From assembly GCF_000485595.1 (NCBI RefSeq), contig NW_014577074.1:1073479-1100770 (forward strand): DNA of 27,292 bases, written 5' to 3'. The notes under the pieces are model-generated. The model had not been told where the DNA came from and made no database searches. It saw only the letters and a program-made list of their open reading frames with translations. Position numbers and translations under genes: made by a program. Position 1 is the first letter of the stretch. Each line of letters starts with the position of its first letter. Positions 1 to 8,600 of the stretch are shown here, one piece after another. The stretch comes from Priapulus caudatus (Eukaryota).

Positions 1-2
1 GG

Positions 3-914
3 CAGGAGCGTATAATGACAAAGGAGTAAGACAGCGATTTGGTACTGATTTCACTACATTTTTGTCGTACGAGTTCGATGTGAATAAAAATACAAACGTA
101 TACAAACATGAGCTTCTTTTGTTCACTGGTCCTTATTCTATCTTCCGGTAGTATTACAAACCGCGTAGCTTCCTTCGTTTTGACATAAATCGTACTTTTC
201 CACGACATGGTTTTCACCTTAGTTACCGTAATCTGGCGAGGCCACACTCTAAATTTGCACACACAGCTCTTTAATGAGCCACGGTAGGGCTTTTCGGCCG
301 TAGCCTAGTCGAGTGCAGAAAATTCGCCTAGAAATTAAGTTACGTTGCACCCATGCTGGGTTTAAAAATTAAAACTATTTTACATTTAAACTATAGTTAG
401 AATGCCTTGTTTTTATGGTTTAATCCCGCAGTTTTTTTTTTAATAAACGCTGCGCTGGTAAAATATCTGAACTACTTCACCCGCGGAGGAATGATGTGTA
501 TGAATTGTTATGAGTAAACTGACGCTCCAGCCGATTGTAGCTTTTCGCACATGTGTTTTGCATTAATTGCATAGCAACCGTTATCTCTAGCCCGCGTACA
601 GTTGCCGCTGGCGCTGCCTGACGCGATCCCTGTGGTGGCTCATTGAAGAGCTGTGTGTGCAAATTTAGAGTGTGGCCTCGCCAGATTACGGTAACTAAGG
701 TGAAAACCATGTCGTGGAAAAGTACGATTTATGTCAAAACGAAGGAAGCTACGCGGTTTGTAATACTACCGGAAGATAGAATAAGGACCAGTGAACAAAA
801 GAAGCTCATGTTTGTATACATTTGTATTTTTATTCACATCGAACTCGTTCGGCAAAAATGTAGTGAAATCAGTACCAAATCGCTGTCTTACTCCTTTGTC
901 ATTATACGCTCCTG
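3..914. mobile_element. Non-autonomous DNA transposon with 280-bp terminal inverted repeats
   Basis: 3-282 and 635-914 are reverse complements with about 4 mismatches by eye; termini CAGGAGCG...CGCTCCTG; no credible ORF. Confidence 0.85.
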
Positions 915-1189
915 ATTACGGTTATACACCATGGATTTAGACGTACGTGATGTTGTGTACGTACGTGACCGCCATCTATTGATCAATAGAATTTTTTATG
1001 AATGTTTAACTTTTTAACTTTTTAACTTTTTTAAATTTTTGTTTCAGCTAGAACCACCTCCCAGACGTGCTGTTTCTGAAAATATCTTTAGTTTTCCTCT
1101 AGGCTGCGGCGTTCTCTAGTTATGCGAGTACGGACTAATTCGGCTGAACAACTTTATAATATAGATAGGTCTAAATGAGATAGCAAATG

Positions 1190-2077
1190 CAGGGCGTCAA
1201 GTTCCTATTTTTTCCTATTTTCTGGGCAATTCCTATTTTCTCCTATTTTCTGGACAAATTCCTATTTTTTCCTATTTTTGAGGGCTTTTCATTTTTCTGA
1301 ATCCAGAATTGTATGTATCAATCAGGTGACCCAATTTTCAAAAATTTCCTCGGGGAGGACCCCCAAACCCCCGCCCCTTACTTTAAATTAACGTAATATA
1401 CTCTTTACTATCACAGATTTTATTTAACTAAAGTTGTTTCTTAGTTGGATGTGGTATGTGTATCCAGAGGGGGGATCCAGGGGGCCCGGACCCCCCTTTG
1501 TTACCCCAAAAAAGGGAAAACACATAAAGATAATTTTCTGCTTAAAAATTTGAAACTCCATCTTGCGTTCTAGACATCAAAATTTCTGCTCAGATGCTCT
1601 CAGAGTGCACCAATTTTTTAAATTTTTCTTGGGGGAGGTCCCCCCACCCCCCCCCCCCTAAGTGGCAACGTCGCATAAACTGCTTTCGGCACCTTTTTAT
1701 AAAAGTGCCCTTTATTTCTTACTGGACCCCCCCTTTTTCAAAAAGCCGGATCTGCCCATGTATACATCATGTACGTCATACTATTTTGGAGTAGTCTACA
1801 TGTATGGGCGCTTATGCATGTATAAACTGCTTATCAATTTTAACATGCATTTCTCATTAAAACCTCAAAATATTGGGTGCATGTGATGTAACTCCAAATA
1901 TGTATATTATTAAAACCATTTGTGGTGGATCGGGATGGCTGTAGGGGTGTTGGGAGGCCATCTAATGCAACAAATATTCCTATTTAACATATATTTTATC
2001 ACCAAAATTCCTATTTTTTCACATCTGAAATTCCTATTTTTCTATTTTTTAAGCGTCACCTGTCACTTGACGCCCTG
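1190..2077. mobile_element. hAT-like MITE with 6-bp TSD
   Basis: TIR CAGGGCGTCAAGT/ACTTGACGCCCTG; flanking CAAATG at 1184-1189 and 2078-2083; subterminal TTCCTATTTT repeats at both ends. Confidence 0.85.
1465..1760. mobile_element. Degenerate MITE nested in the 1190-2077 element
   Basis: Imperfect TIR CAGAGGGGGGATCC / GGATCTGCCCATG; subterminal GGACCCCCCTTT at both ends. Confidence 0.55.
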
Positions 2078-2408
2078 CAAATGACATACACATACTTATA
2101 GTGTATCTATGTAATTTACAACCCAGGCTTGTTAATAAAAATATATCTCATGAATGTTTATTTCCTTTTATTTCAGTTTCTGTCTGAAAGTTTAAAAGTT
2201 TAGTGTTCTTAACAAGCAAGCATACGCGTGGCCGGTGTCTGCATGAGAGGAATATGTTAAGGAGCTGTCCTGCCATCTAGTGGTCATCGCTGCATCCTTT
2301 GTACATTATCAAAGCTGAATGTCTGACAGCGAGAGCTTACCATTTTACCTTTTTACCTCGGCTCAGTCATCGTTAATAAATACTTGGACGTTTAATCAAA
2401 GGCAGCTG

Positions 2409-2816
2409 GGGCCGCGTTGTCGGAAACAAGATTAGTCTTAACGTTAATTTTTTCACATAGACCATTGACAGATACATTAGTTACCATGGTAAAGCTACGA
2501 TTTTGTCATGCAGTTTGTAGAGGTGCTGTCTTTGAAAAAAAGGTAATGCTAATGTGACGGCGGCATAGTTTTCGAATAGTGTCGGAAGGTGGCACAGTGT
2601 TGCCGCATGCGCGAGGCGCACTCTCTCTCTCGCTCTCAACTGGGGAGACATTGATGTGAGCTGATGTGAGTTAGCCGGCGTCTCCGAATAAAGCCGTTCA
2701 TTCCCAAATTCCTGTGCTTATCGATTCATTGTGAGTGCTCCCATGAAGGCATAATAGTCAGCCTTCACACTAATATTACCAATGCTAAGAACAATCTCGT
2801 TTCAGACAATGGGGCC
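2409..2816. mobile_element. PIF/Harbinger-like MITE
   Basis: About 30-bp imperfect TIR (GGCCGCGTTGTCGGAAACAAGATT vs reverse-complement GGCCCCATTGTCTGAAACGAGATT) flanked by CTG on both sides. Confidence 0.65.
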
Positions 2817-4424
2817 CTGGCCATTAATTTTAATAATAATCAGATTTTGATGGGTACACTACAGTAGACCGTTACTCTGATGATTTCTTTGACTTTGAGA
2901 CTAGATGACCTGGAGTTTTTTAGCGTGATTGGCTACTTAATAACACAAATAATGATATGCAAATAGCTAGTTTAACGGTTCCTGACTATATCTGCGTGTA
3001 TTCACGTGTTAATGGGTACATCTCGCACACTGATTGTGCAGCTAAATACTGTATCAGGAGTTAATAATGACAAATTTGACAAAAAATAATGACAATTTGT
3101 CATTAGTTACTCGCGACTGTATGTTTATGGTTTTCTCAAATATCTGTGAGGAAAAATGTAAGAACAACTTGCAAGAAAATTTTGTTCCCGCCCAATTCTT
3201 TTCTACTGTGTTCATATCGGTATGGTATGCACGAGTTTTTGGAAAGATGTTCATACCTCTCGTTCCTAGAAATAGTATCGACATATTATGCATAATATTA
3301 AATATATATAATATATATATATGTGTATACATATGATACACATCAATAAGTGCAGCTTCTAAATGTATGCCTATTTTCATATCAACAAAGCTCGTTATTG
3401 TTGTATGTTCTATTAAAAAGAACCTATGATACGATGTTTGTAAAGTTAGAAAAGTATCATCAACAATTCTGAAGAATTATTCGTTGGTATTTACTTTGAA
3501 AAGGGGGTCCAAAAAACTAGCCACCATCCGCCTCCGTCGCAAAGACATCTCATATGTATATTACGTTACACATGTGGATGCAACAGTGATGACAACTACA
3601 GGGAGTCATCCGAGTATCTGTACACCGAGTGTAAGTTAGAAGTGCATTCGGTTCGAGGTTTAGAATTTCTGACGTTTTAATTAAAATTTATTGTGATATT
3701 CATTTACCACCTTTTTTATTAGTGAGACCAAAAATATATAATTACCACGTGTAGACATAATTTTTTGGTAAAACGAATGTGCTTGTACGATTTGTGTGCC
3801 TAGCATATGGGTCATATCATGTTGTAATCGAGTTATGTGCAATTTTGTGTTGGCATTTAATCATTTTGTACCAAAATTAGGTGCTAAACCTATTTTTGTA
3901 CAAACATAACCGTTACCAACGAAAATAATTGTCATTATGCATTGTACTGTGGAACAGCTGCTGCAAGTCTAATTGAACCCTATGTGCAGATTTTACGTTG
4001 TGACACTTCAGCCCATGCACTTGCATGAATTTGTTAGTCTTAGAAATTTAGTTCCTTTATGCTCAGCTGGTAAAATTGGTAGAGACGTACGCTACCAGTG
4101 CAAGTACAAGTAAATGGAAAAACTGGCTTAATTTATTTTAAATCCCGTCATTGCCTTCTGTGGCGTCGTGCTTTTTGAACGTGGCAATCTAGGCGTTTGA
4201 AGACATGACCTTACAAATCTGCAGAACAGTACAATTGTACAGGAACTACAAAAGAAATCTTATGATAGATTGGAGAAATATAATTTAGACAATCAGAGAA
4301 ATTTACTTGTTATAACTTAAGCTGGGTATCATGTGAAATATTATGACCAATTTGAAGATGAAACATAATACGTATTGTAAGTGCGACAATATTTCAATAC
4401 AAGTCAAACATTTTATGTTGTCCA

Positions 4425-4430
4425 TTTATT
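4425..4430 (-). terminator. Putative polyadenylation signal AATAAA (3' UTR ~1 kb)
   Basis: TTTATT on the + strand ~1 kb past the stop codon, followed on the minus strand by a U/GU-rich stretch. Confidence 0.5.
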
Positions 4431-5425
4431 ATTTTCTCACCATAAGACAAATTACATTACATTATCTGAATAATAAAGACAGTGATGAATAAAAACAATC
4501 TTGTTCGGCCATTTTTGTACAGCAGAGTTACACTTTCTACATTGAAAACTGAATCACTAGAAGCACAGTGATGCACTCTCAATTTAACCAAAAACACATG
4601 ACAGCAGTAAAGCATAGAATAATATAGATAAGTAAGTAGCTAGATGTAGGCTTGTTACACTACATTACTGCCTCCAAAAACTTATCTTTACGAGTTTAAG
4701 AATTGGTGCAAAAACTGGAATGTCAAAATCATGGCCACAAAACGATACGGATAGCAACTATTCTTTTCTCTCACTGGATAGTACATGGAACTGGACTCGC
4801 ACCCCTCGATATAATTTACACCGCAATAGAATCCGCACAGATTCCAAATTCAAAGTGGACGCGAAAAACCGTCAGTTACAGAAGCATAGTTTAGGTCCTA
4901 ACTAGGATGCATCGGCAACACGCATTCCAACTATTTTCTCCTGTGGAAAAGGCAGATTCTGCACCATAACACGGTGTTTCACCACACTAATTGACACGTA
5001 CTACGGTTTAAAGGTGTGCCAATAATTCTTTTACCAACTAAAATGGTGGCAGAAATCTGAAGACTAAAATTATGTTAAACAAATCGTCAACACAAAGACT
5101 GGAACACTATAGATGTGCAGCACACAATTGCATGCTATGGTAGTATAGCTTGCGTTGCTATGATTAGCATACAGTATGCAGATGGAAACAACTAGTACTG
5201 TTCCGTAAGACACGAGGGGGAATAATGAAACAGCACACAGGTATCATACCACTACAGGGTAACTGTTTTATCATTTTGCCCACTAGTAGTGAAATACAAA
5301 ACCTCGCCTTTCACTCACAGACACGTGCAAGCGTCAATCTGTTATTGAACGGCGCGACGACTGACAATGTCAACGCCACATGCTCGTCACAGACGAGGGG
5401 GGACACACACACACACACCTCCCGC

Positions 5426-5642
5426 TCACTCGTCCTTAACCTCCTGTTTGTTGTTCTCCTCCGGTGTCTTCGAGCGGCTGTGCGACTTGGATCTCGGCGA
5501 CCGCGAGCGAGATTTCGATTTCGAAACGTCTCGGCTGCGCGATCGGCTTCTGCTCTTCTTGTCCTTGGCTTCCTTGTTGGGAGACTTGGTTCGGGAGCGA
5601 GACTTGCTGCGCGACTTCGAGCGTGGGGACCTGGATCGGCTC
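5426..5642 (-). CDS. SRSF4/5/6: Terminal coding exon 8: distal RS/KS domain ending ...KQEVKDE*
   Basis: Acceptor TTTCCCCGCAG at 5643, in frame with exon 7; TGA at 5428-5426. Confidence 0.9.
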
Positions 5643-8600
5643 CTGCGGGGAAATCCGGGGATGTGGAGAGTTAGAACTCGCACGAGGTCGAGACGCGAGC
5701 TCGTATTTCTGCGCCGCGTGTGGAGCTAGGTAAACTCGAGAACAAACGAAATGGCCACGGTGACACGCTGGCAGGGCTAACCTGAACGCCTCCTGCGGAC
5801 ACCACTGGGGATGCGGAGATTTAGAACTCGCGACGCGAGCTCGTATTTCTACGCCGAGTTTGCTGCTCGAGGTTGTTTTTTCTACGTGAGACTGCCACCA
5901 GGACGGCTAGGTGAACACGAAAACAAAGGTCACGGTCCCTGACACGCTGGCAGGGCTTACCTGGATCTGCTGCGGCTGCGGCTGCGAGAGCGGGGGGAGC
6001 GGGACCGACTGCGGCTGCGACGGCTGCGACCGGACTTGCTTGGCCGGTCCTCCACCAGCTTAATACGACGGCCGTTCAGGTCAGTGTCGTCCAGCTTGTC
6101 GATAGCATTCTTCATGTCATTGTAGGTTGCAAACTCTACAACACTGTCAAGAATAAAGTAAGAATCCAATGTCAAAATCAGCATACTGCAAGATGGCCTG
6201 CCCCGATTGCATACGATTCTTTGTAGTAGTCTACAATTCCTTCGCAAGTGGGAGTGTTTGTGGGCAACATATTATACAGTTTACTTATGTTGTTAGCAAA
6301 GCCAACAGAGGGTCAGTGATAATGTGACATACCTCTAAGCTCAATACCATTAGGCACTATAAATAACTTGCATGCATGAATAAATAGGACTCACCCCTCG
6401 TTCTTCCTACCACGGTGTGCGTCAGCATAGGTCACCTCACCAGCCTGCCTCATGTAGTCCTTCAGGTCCTACGCAGAACAAATACACGACGGGCATCAGA
6501 CGCAGCACACAAACATTCGTAAATCACCTTCCCGTTGCTAGTTTCCCTTACCTACACGATGAACTAGCTTTGCTCAGCTTCACATGTGCAGTCGCCCGAA
6601 TCCTAGATCAGTAATAATTAATAAATTGTAAGTTTTTGTGCTAAACACTCGATCAGAAAACCTGAAACTAAAATGAGGAACGACTTCCAATGATTGACAA
6701 ATTTAGTTATTATGCATCTTGCAAGCCGGAAGACGTTCTACCATATTTACTACAATTAAGAAAGGCCAATTTAATTAAAAATCGTAAAAAGGCCTATTGT
6801 TTAAAAATCGTTCTACAAATACCCTTTGTAGTGCAGTCTAACATAGTAAAATGTCTTCCGCTTTCAGAACATCCAATGCCAGTCAAGACTGGTTTACATG
6901 TCAAGCGCAAACAATCTCCGAATAAAGACATTTAATACGTTACCAATATAGCGTTAGTTACATTTACGTTTGAGAAAAAGAACAAGTGATTACCTCACTG
7001 ACTCTAAATATCTGGAACAGGTTGTGTGCTCAGCAAGCTATGGCCAGCCCAAGCCTAGGACGCCAAACCAAGCCTGATAGCGGCGGCACCACCACATGGG
7101 TGCCTATGCTTGACCAACGAGCGACCGACCCTCCACCTTGGTCCGACTCGGACCTTTGCTATGGACTGAGCGGGCTGGACCGACCAACACACGCGGCGCT
7201 GACTCATCAACACACCCCTGGCACGCCCTGGCGCTGCTCAACCATTAGCCCCACACGTTCTCGTCTGGTCTGACCACCACACAATGGATTGCAACCGCGA
7301 CCGCTCTGCCTCGAACAACTGCCAACACAACGGATGTTTGGGGAGTGGTCAGCCTGGGACGATGGCCTCGACCGATCAACCGCCCTGCCTGTGGTTAGAA
7401 ATGCGTCACCGCCCGGTTGAATATCCGGCACACAGCCGGGGTGCCGGGTTGCTCTGTGCATCATCTTGTGGTGGATCTGGGAGTTTGCGACTGTAGATTA
7501 GATCGGAGTGATGCGGGAGGGAAGGAATACGATGGTGAAAAGATAAAGCGCATGTAGGAAATACTAAAAATATAATGGAAAAGAAGTTGGAAGTTTACAG
7601 GCTAGGTTGAAGTTTAGGCAAATTGAATGAATGGAACCTAGAAATAATGACACATACTGACATAAGTAGACATGTTAAACAAAGGAAATCAGGAAACACC
7701 ACACGTATTACAGTACACAATGAATGACTGGCTGTCTTACCACAATTTCATTAATTAAAAAAAAAATTCTTGGCATAGAAAAAAATATTATAAATACATA
7801 GGCATTAAGAAGTTCCTCAGAGATATCTTATAGACCTCTATATGGTCTATCTTATAGACCTTTGACCATCACTAAAAAGTAATCCAGTTTGTTGCTATTA
7901 TTTATGAAAAAATAATTATTCTTATTGAATAAAATGACATTCAAATGTTTCTTCTGCGTAAAAAAAATTCTATATATGCACTATCGCCATTTTATAACTT
8001 GCACTGCCATGACTATTTTTTAAGAGATTTTCTCCATCCTAGCAATTTTAAAACCGACTACAAAAATAGTAGACCATTCACAGACACATTCAAGCTCACT
8101 TCATCAACACAGACAGCCACACATATCCACAAGCCACAGGTGTCATGGTCACACACAGACGCGCGCACGCACGCACTCACACACTCACACATACACACAC
8201 GGCTGATTGGTGAGTCAGGTATTGCCGCCACCAGCCTCGAAGACGCGATAGGGTTGGTGACACACTGGTCTCTGACCCACTGGTCTCGTCCACCAGACAT
8301 CTCTATCAAACAGCACCCTCAATTTCCAAATGCCGCTAATAGTGACTGAAACAAAACTTAAATTGAAAGCGTCGCCGACACGCCCCCAGCCTGAACCCGT
8401 GCATGCATGAGGGAGGAGCACTGCTTTCCACGAACATCTCCTTGTACACAGCTAAGGAGGTATCAGCAACCTGGACCGGACATTTGCCATGCATCACACC
8501 CACCATTTGGGTGTTAAACTAGCAATCACAACAAGGTTCCTGCCAGGAGATTATACAATGCTTACATGAATGTGCACACACATGAACATGTCATTATAGC

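Noticed and set aside
3055..3949. Second element related to the 3-914 family
   Set aside because: Only the left terminus resembles it; the right end match is poor and there is no TSD.
5225..5733. Plus-strand ORFs overlapping the last exon
   Set aside because: Antisense shadows of GC-rich RS codons; no independent gene signals.
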